Origin: an uncultured Chloroflexia bacterium
GTDB taxonomy: Bacteria; Chloroflexota; Dehalococcoidia; DSTF01; JACRBR01
Assembly (NCBI GenBank): GCA_963736015.1
Contig: CAVTNG010000011.1
Coordinates: 68,442-132,441 of the forward strand
Length of the DNA stretch: 64,000 bases
Reading direction: 5' to 3'
In this document: piece after piece, positions 42,767 to 52,903 of the stretch
Position numbering within the stretch: position 1 is the first letter of the stretch
How the letters are laid out: each line of letters begins with the position of its first letter
The notes under the pieces: generated by a model
The model's input: the letters and a program-made list of their open reading frames with translations, nothing else
What the model was told of the DNA's origin: nothing
The model's database searches: none
Made by a program: the position numbers and the translations under genes

Positions 42767-42968
42767 GCTTGCGGTTTGCGCGCCTCTTTCTCTGCCATTT
42801 CGCGTTGACCTGTTCCCATGGGACTCCGCGACCGTCCTTTAACTCGTCTGCGGCGGCGCGCATCTGCGCCATGAACTCGGGGTCGGATTGCTTCTTGGCG
42901 ACCCAGGCGCGGCGGCGCTCGATCTCCTCCGGAGAGGCGGTGTGCTCGGGGCGGGATTCGTCTTTCAT
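42759..42968 (-). CDS. Hypothetical 69-aa charged protein; overlaps the downstream gene by 8 nt
   Basis: Tail of ORF 42759-44102 from ATG 42968: MKDESRPEHTASPEEIERRRAWVAKKQSDPEF... Confidence 0.45.
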   Translation of the reverse strand: MKDESRPEHTASPEEIERRRAWVAKKQSDPEFMAQMRAAADELKDGRGVPWEQVNAKWQRKRRANRKRA

Positions 42969-44173
42969 GGCGGCCTCTGATTGCGTTGAGTGATCGCGAT
43001 CTGGGGCGAGGGCGCGGATGCGGGCGACGGCGTCGGGGAGGATCTCGAGGACGCGGTCGATGTGCTGCGTGGTGTTTTCTGTGCCGAGGGTGAGGCGGAG
43101 GCTGCCGCGGGCGAGGTAGCGTCGGCAGGCCCATGGCGACGAGGACGTGCGAGGGCTCGAGGGAGCCGGTGGTGCAGGCGGAGCCGCTGCTGGCGGCGAT
43201 GCCCTGAGGTCGAGCTGGATGAGGACGGCCTCGCCTTCGACGCCTTCGAAGGCAGAAGCTGGAGCTGTTCGGGAGGCGCTGCGCGGGTCGGCGGCGCCGG
43301 TGACGATGTGCCGGGGATGCGCGCGGGCAGCTCCTGCGAGAGGTGGTCGCGCAGGGCGGCGAGGCTGCGCGTTGCGGGCGTCGAGCTCGTCGTAGGCGAG
43401 GCTGGAGGGCGGTGGCGAGGCCGACGGCGCCGGCGACGTTCTCGGTGCCGGCGCGGCGGTTGCGCTCCTGGGAGCCGCCGACGGCCTGGGCGCGAAGGGG
43501 GTGCGCGCTGCGGACGTAGAGGGCGCCGACGCCCTTCGGGCCGTAGATCTTGTGGGCGGCGATGGAGAGCAGGTCGACGCCGAGGCGTCGACGTTGATGT
43601 CGAGGGCGCCGGCGGCCTGGACGGCGTCGGTGTGGAACGGCGATGCGGCGGTCGCGGTCCTTGACGATGCCGGCGAGCTCGGCGATGGGCTCGATGGTGC
43701 CGACCTCGTTGTTGGCGTACATGATGCTGACGAGGACGGTGTCGGGCGTCGAGGGCGCTGGCGAGGGCGTCGGGGTCGACGAAGCCTTCGCTGTCGACGG
43801 GCAGGTAGGTGACGTCGAAGCCGTCGCTTCTCGAGCTGCTCGACGGCGTGGAGGACGGCGTGGTGCTCGATGGCGCTGGTGATGATGTGGCGGCCGCGGC
43901 CGCGCTGGGCGGCGGAGGCGACGCCGCGGAGGGCGAGGTTGTCGGACTCGGTGCCGCCGCTGGTGAAGACGATCTCGTTGGGCTTGCGCCGAGGATCGCG
44001 GCGACGGTGCGGCGGGCGGCATCGAGGGCTTTGCGGGCTTCGCGGCCCTCGGCGTAGATGCTGGAGGGGTTGCCCCAGGCGTTCGGCGAGGTAGGGGAGC
44101 ATCGCCTCGACGACGCGGGGGTCGAGCGGGGTGGTGGCGGCGTGGTCGAGGTAGATGCGGTCGGTGGGGTCAT
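42965..44173 (-). CDS. Cysteine desulfurase (NifS/IscS-type class V aminotransferase); many frameshifts
   Basis: Homologous strings are scattered over three overlapping minus-strand ORFs: IYLDHAATTPLDPRV, NPSSIYAEGREA, IVFTSGGTESDNLALRG, ITSAIEHHAVL, SIAAHKIYGPKGVGALYV. Confidence 0.8.
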   Translation of the reverse strand: MTPPTASTSTTPPPPRSTPASSRRCSPTSPNAWGNPSSIYAEGREARKALDAARRTVAAILGASPTRSSSPAAAPSPTTSPSAASPPPPSAAAAATSSPAPSSTTPSSTPSSSSRSDGFDVTYLPVDSEGFVDPDALASALDARHRPRQHHVRQQRGRHHRAHRRARRHRQGPRPPHRRSTPTPSRPPAPSTSTSTPRRRPALHRRPQDLRPEGRRRPLRPQRAPPSRPGRRRLPGAQPPRRHRERRRRRRPRHRPPASPTTSSTPATRSLAALRDHLSQELPARIPGTSSPAPPTRAAPPEQLQLLPSKASKARPSSSSSTSGHRRQQRLRLHHRLPRALARPRRHGPADATSPAAASASPSAQKTPRSTSTASSRSSPTPSPASAPSPQIAITQRNQRPP

Positions 44174-44190
44174 CGCTGCCTCATTCTAGA

Positions 44191-44550
44191 GGGAAGTGGG
44201 GAGCGGGGTGTGGGACTTGCGGCGATAGGCGGGGCTTTGAATGATGTGCTGAATTTGGCGAAATGTGACGTTTTCTGATTGGAATAGGACGCAAAGCAAT
44301 CTTTCGTGGGTGATTGAATTGCGGGCGGGTCGCGGGGGAGGTGAGAGGCGGGACGTGCGACGTGGGAGGACGGGCGATGGGTGGTGGGCATGCGGGGATT
44401 CTAGGGCGGGGTAGGGTGAATTCTAAGGGGGTGCTGGCGTGTTGGGGAGCCCTCGCCCTGCCCTGCGGCTACCCTCTCCCAAGGAGGGAGAGGGCGACGG
44501 CGCGACACGGGAGGCGAGCGGTGGGAGAGGGGAGGCCGGACGGGCGCCGT
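44191..44550 (+). repeat. Intergenic repeat cluster: G-rich GGGAAGTGGG-type blocks, an AT-richer core and the hairpin CCCTCTCCCaaggaGGGAGAGGG (44472-44494)
   Basis: Read directly from the sequence. It shares GGGACGTGCGACGTG (44350-44364) and flanking similarity with 49676-49812. Confidence 0.7.
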
Positions 44551-44554
44551 GGCG

Positions 44555-44944
44555 TCAGAAGCCGATGAGGAGTTCGACGGGCTCGCCTTGTTCGAGGTGG
44601 GTGATGAGTTCGGTGACGGCGTCTTGTTCTTCTGGCCAAGCGGCAGCGTGCGTACGGAGGGTGCGGATGGCTTCGGGCGTGGGTTCGATGAAGCAGTATC
44701 GAAGCTCGAAGTCTTCGAGATGGCGCTCGAGGGCGTTCATCAGTTGGAAGCTGACGCTGCGGGCTGGGGAGGTGGGGTTGATCTGCATCGTGTAGCCCAT
44801 TGGTTCGTCCCTTCGTTCCGTGCGAATCCTCGCTCTTCTGAGAGCCGCGTCGTCGATCTCGTTGTAGTCTTCGTGTTTTCCGAGGTGCGCGTCAGCGCGA
44901 GAACACATCGTCGCAGAGCGCGCGCCCGCATACGGCGCAGTCAT
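44555..44944 (-). CDS. Hypothetical protein encoded downstream of mcrC (129 aa, or 81 aa from ATG 44800)
   Basis: Intact ORF. The internal start MGYTMQ is preceded by GAAGGGA. No family recognised. Confidence 0.5.
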   Translation of the reverse strand: MTAPYAGARSATMCSRADAHLGKHEDYNEIDDAALRRARIRTERRDEPMGYTMQINPTSPARSVSFQLMNALERHLEDFELRYCFIEPTPEAIRTLRTHAAAWPEEQDAVTELITHLEQGEPVELLIGF

Positions 44945-45022
44945 CGCGTGAACTGTAGGCTTGACTTACAGGCAGTAGTTCGCCGCAACCGCCCGCGCAG
45001 AACTGCATCGCGTCCTGAGTTT

Positions 45023-46474
45023 TCACATGCGCACTTCCTTTGCGAATTCTAGTGCAACCTCATGCACCGGTCGGCCCATCGGCATGGCAGTAAGGAGCAG
45101 ATCGATGCGCCGCGTGCCTGCCGCCACGGAGGCCGTGTGGAAAAGGCGACCGCGCGCGCGCAGCGATAGCCACGTGGCTTGCCGGCACGGATATACGAGG
45201 CAGACGACGATGCGCGGCGTCGCGGCGACATTCGCGTAGGCGAGTACCTGCAACAGGTCGGCTCGATGGCGATCTCGAAGCTCCCCTTCCAGATCGCTCC
45301 AGCGTTGCACCTGCATCTCTTCCCAATGCTCTTTGTACTTAGCGTCGACGATGATGGTCGTATCGCCGCGCTCCAGCATTAGATCAGGAATTAGCGACTT
45401 CTGCGATCCTAGATACGACGGCTCCCAGTGGATGGGAGTCACGGTTTGCCGTTGACGGCCGGTTGGGGACGACGCCACCAATATGGCGGCGACTGCGATA
45501 AGCACGGTTTCGACCCAGGCTTCAAAGAACTCCTCCATTGACATTGACCAGGGCAGTCCGCTCAGGTCGCTGAGGCCCGCCAAGCCGCGCTCGTTGGCCG
45601 TCCACTCGATCGCCTGGAGCCCATCACGGAACGCGGGCGTCTTGAGCGGGCCGCGGAGCCACGCGTCGTAATCCCGTGGTATTGGCGGTCGTGATGGAAC
45701 GTCACCGACGCGCTCGAGAAGCGACACGCACTCTCCGATAAGTTTGAGCACGAATGCGCCCATGGTGCGTTGCGTTGAGAGTGATTGGAGTTGCTTGTTG
45801 AGCGTGAAGCGGATCGCTGCGCGCGCAGATCGCGATCAGAGCGCAACTCCGGGAAACGGCACGGGACGTCGAGGAAACGGGCGCGGGTCGCGTAGCGGGT
45901 CGCGTACTGCGGCCAGTCGACCGACCCACGGGGAGCCGCGCGTACGTCGGAGACAATCTCGAAGCGACGCTGAAGCTGGTCGAGTAACGCACGAATCCTG
46001 AAGAGCACGATCGTCGAGAGGAGCCACGGCGGGATCTTGCGATCGGTCTGCGGGAGGAGTGGCAACGAGAGCGGCTCGGGGACAATCCGCCAACCCATGT
46101 CCGCGAGCATCGGGCCGATGCCGGGCCACTCGAAGCGGGGTTTGATGATGAATCCGTAGTCAGGCTTGCCGGTGGTCGGCGACACGAGCGGTACCGCGCC
46201 GACTTTCGTGTTGGTGCGGAACACGGATCAACGGAGTGACCTCTGTACTGCTGCTCCACGGAAGCGCCGAGATGGCGGAGGACGGCGCGGTTGCGTTCAA
46301 TGAACTGGTCACCGAGGCGCGCTGATTGCCCCGCGATGTCACGCGGAGGCGTCCCGCGAAGCAGATTGGATGCCGGAACAACGAGCATAGATGAGTCGGT
46401 GGCTTCGAAGGAGTTCGACGCCTCTCGGCGTGGCACGCGGATATTCGGCGGCGGGGCGGTCGTGCAACCGCCAC
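45023..46474 (-). CDS. mcrC: McrC-like PD-(D/E)xK nuclease subunit of a McrBC restriction system; frameshifted
   Basis: ORFs 45023-45763 (TIIVDAKYKEH, DLLQVLAY), 45562-46224, and part of 45702-46976. Confidence 0.75.
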
Positions 46475-46483
46475 TAGAGGCTA

Positions 46484-47960
46484 TCGATCCATTGCATGTA
46501 GGCGCGCAGGGCGCGCCAGCGAAACCGCTGACAAATCCCTGCGAGACGTACTCCTGAAGCAACGGCAGCAATGAGACGCGAAGGCGTCGCTTCGCGTCGT
46601 CGTCATTCTCCGCGAGGAAGTAGGAGTGGCCCGGGACGAGATCGAGCGCCTCGTCGGTGGCATGCTCGACGAAGATGTCGAGGAGCGGCTCGCATGCATC
46701 GAGCATCAGCGGGCTGCCGTGGGACTCGACCACGCTGAGTTGTGGCCAGAGCTTCGCAAATGCGAATCGACGTCTGACGGCGATGTCGATGACAGCCAGA
46801 CTGCGGTCGGTGCTGTTCATCGTGCCTAGAACATGCAGATTCGAAGGAAGGCGCAGCTTGCTGCCGAACGGTGCGCCGAAGTCGTATGGGAGATCGATCT
46901 CCCGATCAGGCGAGTCAGGCTCGAAGAGATAAATGGCCTCGCCAAGCACTTTTCCATATCCCGCGGTTAAGCTCATCGATCACAAGCAGGTGTTCGCGCT
47001 CGGGATCGGCTGCCGCTGCGGCGGCGGCGAGCATCAATGCTCCCTGGCTTGGGGCAAACCGGAAACCAGATCAGCGTCCGATGCCGAAGGTGCGAGGCCT
47101 CCGACGAAGTTCTCGTACGTCGTGTTGGGGTGAAACTGGATCACGGATCCTCGGCGCGCGTAGTGGGATTGCAGGAGTTCTAGCGCCATGTGTGTCTTAC
47201 CCGTGCCCGGTGGGCCCTGAAGGACGACATATCGACGAGCCTTGAGGAGCGACGCGACATCGCCACGCTCGATGCTCGGCAAAAGGTGGTGGAACCATGC
47301 ATCACGTATTGCTTTCGCTCCCGCCTGCGCGCTCGCGAGGGGTAGGAAGCCGCGCTCCTCGAACATGAGATCAAGGAACGCGAGTAGCGCTTCACGCGTC
47401 TTCGTGGACTCCGCCCTAGGGACGTAAATGCCGTACAGCTCACGCCCATACCGCTCGAGCGCGGGTCGATGGTCGGGGAACTCGGTCAGGAGTTCAGAGG
47501 GGAGCGCAACATCCGTCCGGACAGGATCGTGCTTTGCCCAAGCAACGCGGGAGCCGTTTCCGTGAGTAGTGTTCAGCCAGGCACATAGGCCTGGATCTTA
47601 TGCGCATGCCCCGGGCGGCCCAGTATCGATTCGTCGGGATCGAGCCCCGCTGTGCCTACAACGAACGTCAGCAGGCATGGTTTTCCCGGCTCGGCCGCCG
47701 GAAAGATGGCAATCGACATGCCGCCGTACGGCCCACTGTCTTGCGTCTGGGGATGGATATAGGCGGCAAAATCGAACGCTGTCTTCCGCCATCTGAGGCG
47801 CGCGCAGCTTGACTGACCTCTTGGCGTCATCCGGGTAGCGGCCCTTACCCGAACGAAACAACGAGTCGAGGAAGGTGTCGGTCGCAAGCTCTTTGTCGGT
47901 CGGCCAAGGCGACTCGCCTGCGACGACCTTGGCGAGCGCAGCGAGATCGCTCACGGGCAT
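46484..47960 (-). CDS. mcrB: McrB-like AAA+ (GTPase-type) restriction subunit with an unassigned N-terminal domain; frameshifted
   Basis: Fragments 47598-47960, 47573-47887, 47034-47366 (VVLQGPPGTGKTH, FHPNTTYENFVGG) and 45702-46976 (LHVLGTMNSTDRSLAVIDIAVRRRFAF). Confidence 0.8.
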
Positions 47961-47963
47961 CGT

Positions 47964-49373
47964 CTAGACGCCAGGGTCGTGGCGGGCGGTTGTTGTCGCC
48001 GTGGTGCGGGTGGCGGTTAGGTCGGCGGCGGTTTCGGGGCGGGTGGTTTGTTCGAGGGTGATGCGCTGGATGGCGGCGAGGACGGTGCTGTGGTCGCGGT
48101 TGCCGAATTCGCGGCCGATGTCGGCGATGGTGCGGCGGCCGTCTTCCTTCATGAGGTACATGGCGAGGTGGCGGGCGTAGGAGACGTCGCGGGCGCGGCT
48201 GCGGCCACGGAGGTCCGTGGGGCGTGACGCCGGTGCGGCGGCAGACGGCATCGATGATGGCGTCGGGCGCGGCGGGTGACGTCCTCGGGCGCGGGCTGCG
48301 GCGGGCTGAGCGGCGTCAGCGCCTTCTCGATGATCTCGGGCGTGACCTGGCCACCGACGAGCGGGACGTAGGCGAGGACGCGGTTGAGGTAGCCCTCGAG
48401 CTCGCGCACGGTGGGGCAGCATCGCTCGGCGATGACCTCGAGCGCGTGGTCGGGCAGGCGCAGGGCGTGGATGCGGGCCTTGGAGCGGAGGATGGCGAGG
48501 CGCGTCTCGAAGGACGGCTTCTGGAGATCGACCATGCAGTCCCCACTGGAGGCGCGAGCGGAGCGCATCGCCGAGGCCGGTGATCTGCGCGGGCATGCGG
48601 TCGCCGGAGACGATGATCTGCTTGCCGGCGGCGTGGAGCTCGTTGAAGGTGTGGAGGAACTCGTCCTGGAACTTCGGCTTGGCCTCGAAGAACTGGACGT
48701 CATCGAGCAGGAGGACATCGGCGTGGCGGTAGCGTCGGCGGAAGGACTCGATAGAGGAGCTGGTGAGCGCGCGGACGAAGTCGTTGCCGAAGCGCTCGGC
48801 GGGGGCGTAGACGACGTTGAGGCGCTGGGCCCAGGCCTCGTGGCCGATGGCGTTGAGGAGGTGGGTCTTACCGAGGCCGGAGGCGCCGAAGATGGTGAGC
48901 GGGTTCATCGCGGCCGGGCTCGGCGAGGACGCGGCGGGCGGACTCGAAGGCGAGGCGGTTCTCATCGCCAACGACGAAGGAGTCGAAGGTGAGCGCGGGG
49001 TTGAGCGCCGGAGGCGCGACGGAGCGATTGGCGGAGCGCTCCGCCGCGCCCTCAGGCTCGAGACAGGAGAACAGGCAGGTCGAGGTACCTCGGGGCGGAC
49101 GACCTCGAAGGCGACATCGATCGGATGACCGAGGACGCGGGCGAGCGTCTTGGTGATGAGCGGGCGGAGGCGCGTCGAGAGCCACTCCGTGGCGAAGTCG
49201 GTCTGGGCGCCGATGATGAAGCGGCCGTCCTCGAGGCGGAGGCCGATGGTGTCGCGCAGCCACGTATCGAAGTTGGCGCGGGTGACGAGCATCTCGAGCT
49301 GGCCGAGGGTGGAGGACCAGACGTTGGCGGGGGTGTGGTGCGGCGCGGGCGCTGCGATCGCGGTCGTGGTCAT
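47964..49373 (-). CDS. dnaA: Chromosomal replication initiator DnaA; frameshifted
   Basis: ORF 47964-49670, with the real start MTTTAIAAP at 49373. Strings: FDTWL, IFGASGLGKTHLLNAIG, LLLDDVQF, HSTVLAAIQRI. The central part lies in the frames of 48149-48718 and 48316-48546. Confidence 0.88.
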   Translation of the reverse strand: MTTTAIAAPAPHHTPANVWSSTLGQLEMLVTRANFDTWLRDTIGLRLEDGRFIIGAQTDFATEWLSTRLRPLITKTLARVLGHPIDVAFEVVRPEVPRPACSPVSSLRARRSAPPIAPSRLRRSTPRSPSTPSSLAMRTASPSSPPAASSPSPAAMNPLTIFGASGLGKTHLLNAIGHEAWAQRLNVVYAPAERFGNDFVRALTSSSIESFRRRYRHADVLLLDDVQFFEAKPKFQDEFLHTFNELHAAGKQIIVSGDRMPAQITGLGDALRSRLQWGLHGRSPEAVLRDAPRHPPLQGPHPRPAPARPRARGHRRAMLPHRARARGLPQPRPRLRPARRWPGHARDHREGADAAQPAAARARGRHPPRPTPSSMPSAAAPASRPTDLRGRSRARDVSYARHLAMYLMKEDGRRTIADIGREFGNRDHSTVLAAIQRITLEQTTRPETAADLTATRTTATTTARHDPGV

Positions 49374-49675
49374 CGCGCGCGGGCCGGGCTGTGGGATAGG
49401 TGGCGGGTGGCGAGGCGTGGCGGCGGCGTCCTGCAACAGGCAACGTGGCTCCCTCCCGGCGGTTGGGTCAGATGATGAAGATGAGCGAACCAGGGTCAGA
49501 CAACTGTGTGTGAGTGTCTTGAGCGCGCGAATCCCGAAACCTGCGTGCGCGACCTCGCCCCTGTGTTGTTCCCTCTGCCCTCTGGAGGGAACACCCGCCG
49601 TTGAGCGGGCGGGTGAGGTCGTCGGAATACCCTCAGGACAGGGTGGAGAATACATTCGGGGTGATGGCAATCAAG

Positions 49676-49812
49676 CCTTTTATGACGACTCTCGCGCCAA
49701 ATTTGCACCCCTTTTCAAAGCGTTGCAGAAGGCGGTGATAATGTTGCGATTACGTGTACTGCGCGGTTGGGAAGTGGGACGTGCGACGTGAGAAGTGGGT
49801 CGATTGGTGGAG
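49676..49812 (+). repeat. AT-richer element with a GGGACGTGCGACGTG core (49776-49790), related to 44236-44395
   Basis: Aligned by eye. Shared landmarks in the same order and orientation: CAAAGC...GGTGAT...TTGCG...GGGACGTGCGACGTG.GA.G..GGG..GAT.GGTGG. Confidence 0.55.
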
Positions 49813-49884
49813 CGACTGACGGTTGAGTGACGTAGCGATCGTGGAGACGAGGCACGCGTACCGCGATGCGTGTGATCGCGCGCG

Positions 49885-50642
49885 TTGCGGCGACGCTGTC
49901 GCGGCACCGGCGTGTATCGCGATGCATTCGAGCTGGCGCTCGTGGCGATCGCGTTTCTGCTGTATTTCGTGGTGCGCGGGTCGGTGGTCGATCGTTACGA
50001 CGAGGCGCTGCGTCATGCGAACGACGTGATCGACATTGAGCGGCGGCTGGGGATCTTCTGGGAGCCGCGGCTGCAGGAGATGGTGCTGGACGAAAGCTCC
50101 TCATCGACCTGTTCAACTTCATCTATTTCTGGCTGGACTTTCCGCTGATCGTGGCCGTGGGATTATGGATGTATTTCGCGCACCGGCACGAGTACACGAT
50201 CACGCGCGATGCGGTGTTGCTGTCGGGGCGATCGCGCTGGTGATGTACAACCTGTACCCGGTGATGCCGCCGCGGCTGATGCCATCGGGCGAGTTCGTCG
50301 GGACGATCGAGAAGTACAACCAACTGAGCTACCAGGCGTCGACGTTGCGGGCATTCGTGAACCCGTACGCGGCGATGCCGAGCCTGCACTTCGGGTGGGC
50401 GATGATCGTGGGCGGGGCGACTGTTCGTGGTGTCGAAGAACCCGCTGGTGCGGGGGTTCGGGCTGCTGCTGCCGTGGGCGCAGCTGGCGGCGATCGTATT
50501 CACGGCGAACCATTTCATCCTGGATGCGTTCGTTGGGCTGGTGGTGTGCCTGGTGGGGCTGGGGCTGGCGGGGGCGATGCAGAGGTGGGTGTATCCGTGG
50601 GTGCGGGAGCGGACGCTGGGGGATGTGGGAAGCGAGAACTGA
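49885..50642 (+). CDS. PAP2-superfamily membrane protein (PAP2_C / inositol-phosphorylceramide-synthase-like); frameshifted
   Basis: ORFs 49885-50148, 50036-50677 and 50427-50642. Strings: PPRLMP, AAMPSLHFGWA, TANHFILDA. Confidence 0.6.
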
Positions 50643-50785
50643 GACGTGGGAGGCGGGAAGCGGGAAGCGGGGGGTGACATGGCCGGCGTAGACCCCTCGC
50701 TACGCTCGGGATGACAGCGTGGGCGCTCGGGGTGACAGCATGGGCGCTCGGGGTGACAGCGTGGGTGCTACGGATGACGGATCGG
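50617..50785 (+). repeat. Composite intergenic element: a G-rich block followed by 4 tandem ~21-nt CGCTCGGGATGACAG-type units
   Basis: Read directly from the sequence. The element supplies the TGA stop of the PAP2 gene. Confidence 0.8.
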
Positions 50786-50787
50786 CG

Positions 50788-51814
50788 ATGAAGGTGCTGG
50801 TGATCGGCGGGACGCGGTTTATCGGGCCGGCGGTGGTGCGGCGGCTTGGGGCGCGCGGGTGCAAAGTCACGCTGTTTCATCGAGGGGAGCACGAGCGGGG
50901 TCCGTCGGGAGTGGAGCACATCCACGGCGAGCGGGAGCGCATCGGCGAGTACCGTCCGGACTTCGAACGGGCGGCACCGGACGTGGTGCTGGACATGGCG
51001 CCGATGAGCGGCGCGGACGCGGAGGCGGTGCTGGGGGCGGTCGAGGGGATTGCAGCGCGGGTGGTGGCGGTGAGCAGCGTCGATGTGTACCGGGCGTACG
51101 GTCGCGTACACGGATCGGAGCCGGGCGACATCGAACCGATGCCGTTGCGGGAGGACTCGCCGCTGCGCGAGAAACTGTATCCGTATCGGGGTGAGCGCGA
51201 CGACGCGAGCCTTCGACGTGTACGACAAGATCCCGGTGGAGCGCGCGGTGATGTCGGCGAAGGACATCGCGGGGACGGTGGTTCGCTTGCCGGCGGTGTA
51301 TGGCGAGGGCGACTACCAGCGACGGATGTTCATGGTGGCGATGCGGTTCGAGGCGCGGCGACCGTTCGTGTTGTGGCAGGAGGCGGCGCTGAACTGGCGA
51401 TGGCCGCGCGCTTACGTCGAGAACGTGGCGGAAGCGATCGCGCTGGCCGTGAGCGACGCGCGAGCGGCGGGGCGCGTGTACAACGCGCCGACGGATGCGC
51501 CACTGACGCAGGGTGAGTGGACGGCGGAGTACGGGCGCGTGGCAGGGTGGGAGGGGGAGGTGCTGGGGCTGCCGGACGAGCTGCTGCCGCCGCACCTGAA
51601 AGGGCCGGAGAACTACGAGCAGGACCTGGTCGTCGACGGGTCGCGGATGCGGGCGGAGCTGGGGTACGGGGACGTGGTGCCGTGGGAGGAGGCGGTGCGG
51701 CGGGCACTGGCGTGGGAGGTGGCGCATCCGCCGAAGCGGATGAACCCGCGGGTGCTGGATTACGCGCTGGAGGACGCGGCGGTCGCGGAGTGGCGGACGC
51801 GCGGCGGGGAGTGA
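50788..51814 (+). CDS. NAD-dependent epimerase/dehydratase family protein; frameshift near 51200
   Basis: MKVLVIGGTRFIGPAV (ORF 50719-51516) plus ORF 51083-51814. Confidence 0.8.
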
Positions 51815-52023
51815 TGGGGGCCGGGCGGAGCGCAGGTACGCGGCGCCGGCGCCAACAGCCGGCATCTCGGCGACGGCGACGAAGGGCGGGTTGCCGATGC
51901 GTGGCGATGATACGGTTCTGCAACATCGACATATACGCCTGTTTCTGCGGATTGAGTGGTTCTCGGCGATAGTCATTCCGCGCTCGATTGACATCTGGGA
52001 GCGGGGAGTAAGGAGTACTTCGC

Positions 52024-52787
52024 ATGGCCGTGGAACCGCTGGTGCTGGCAATCGATGACGAACCGGGCATCCTTCGGCTGATCAAGCTGGAGCTTTCGAC
52101 GCAGGGCTTCCGCGTGCTGACTTCGGACAACGCGGCGGAGGGCATCAAGATGGAGGAGGAGCACCGGCCGGACATCGTGCTGCTGGACGTCGTGATGCCG
52201 GACCGGACGGGGTTCGAGGTGATGCGCGAGCTGCGGCAGCGGACGAACGTGCCGGTGATCCTGCTGACGGCCAAGGGGACGGACAGCGACAAGGTGACGG
52301 GCCTGGAGCTGGGAGCGGATGACTACCTGGCGAAGCCGTTCAGCCCGGAGGAGCTGAGCGCGCGGGTGCGGGCGGTGCTGCGCCGGGCGGTCGGAAAGGT
52401 GGGGCCGGAGCAGGAGGTGGTTGCGGGGAGCGTCAAGATCGACCTGCACCGGCGCATCGTCACGCGCGATGGAGAGCCGGTGACGCTGACGCGCACGGAG
52501 TGGATGCTGCTGCAGCACCTGGCGGCGAACCCGGGCGCGTGATGCTGAACGCGGAGCTGCTGTCGAAGGTGTGGGGGCCGGAGTACCGGGGGGACCTGCA
52601 GTACCTGCGGGTGTGGGTGTCGCGGCTGCGGAAGAAGCTGGAGGACGAGCCTTCGAACCCGCGGCTGCTGAAGACGTTCCAGGGCATCGGCTACATGCTG
52701 GTGATCCCGGGGTCGGACGACGGGGACATCCCTGAGGCCGAGGCGGCCGAGGTGGAGGACCAGGAGGCGGTGCCGGCGGCGTCGTAG
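52024..52787 (+). CDS. OmpR/KdpE-type response regulator; frameshift near 52535. No adjacent histidine kinase.
   Basis: ORF 52024-52542 (receiver domain: LLDVVMPD, LTAKG) plus ORF 52500-52787 (winged helix: LRVWVSRLRKKLE). Confidence 0.85.
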
Positions 52788-52840
52788 GGGCGCTGCGCCG
52801 AACCACCGGGCGGAGAGGCACCGACAACAGGGTTGGCTGA

Positions 52841-52875
52841 GAGAGCGGGCCTACGGCCCGCTCTCTTTCGTTTTG
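52841..52875 (+). terminator. Rho-independent terminator
   Basis: GAGAGCGGGCCtacGGCCCGCTCTC (11-bp stem) followed by TTTCGTTTTG, 54 nt after the response-regulator stop. Confidence 0.8.
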
Positions 52876-52903
52876 CTTCGCGTCCGGAGCGCGTGTGGAC
52901 GCG

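Noticed and set aside
42631-44173. Three overlapping minus-strand ORFs of 400-460 aa in all three frames.
   Set aside because: Only short segments of each match cysteine desulfurase. The remainder is Pro/Arg/Ala-rich run-on typical of stop-poor high-GC DNA. This is one frameshifted gene, not three.
49374-49900. Attempted to call DnaA boxes and a DNA-unwinding element upstream of dnaA.
   Set aside because: No 9-mer within one mismatch of TTATCCACA could be found by eye. Only weak candidates exist, so no oriC feature is asserted.
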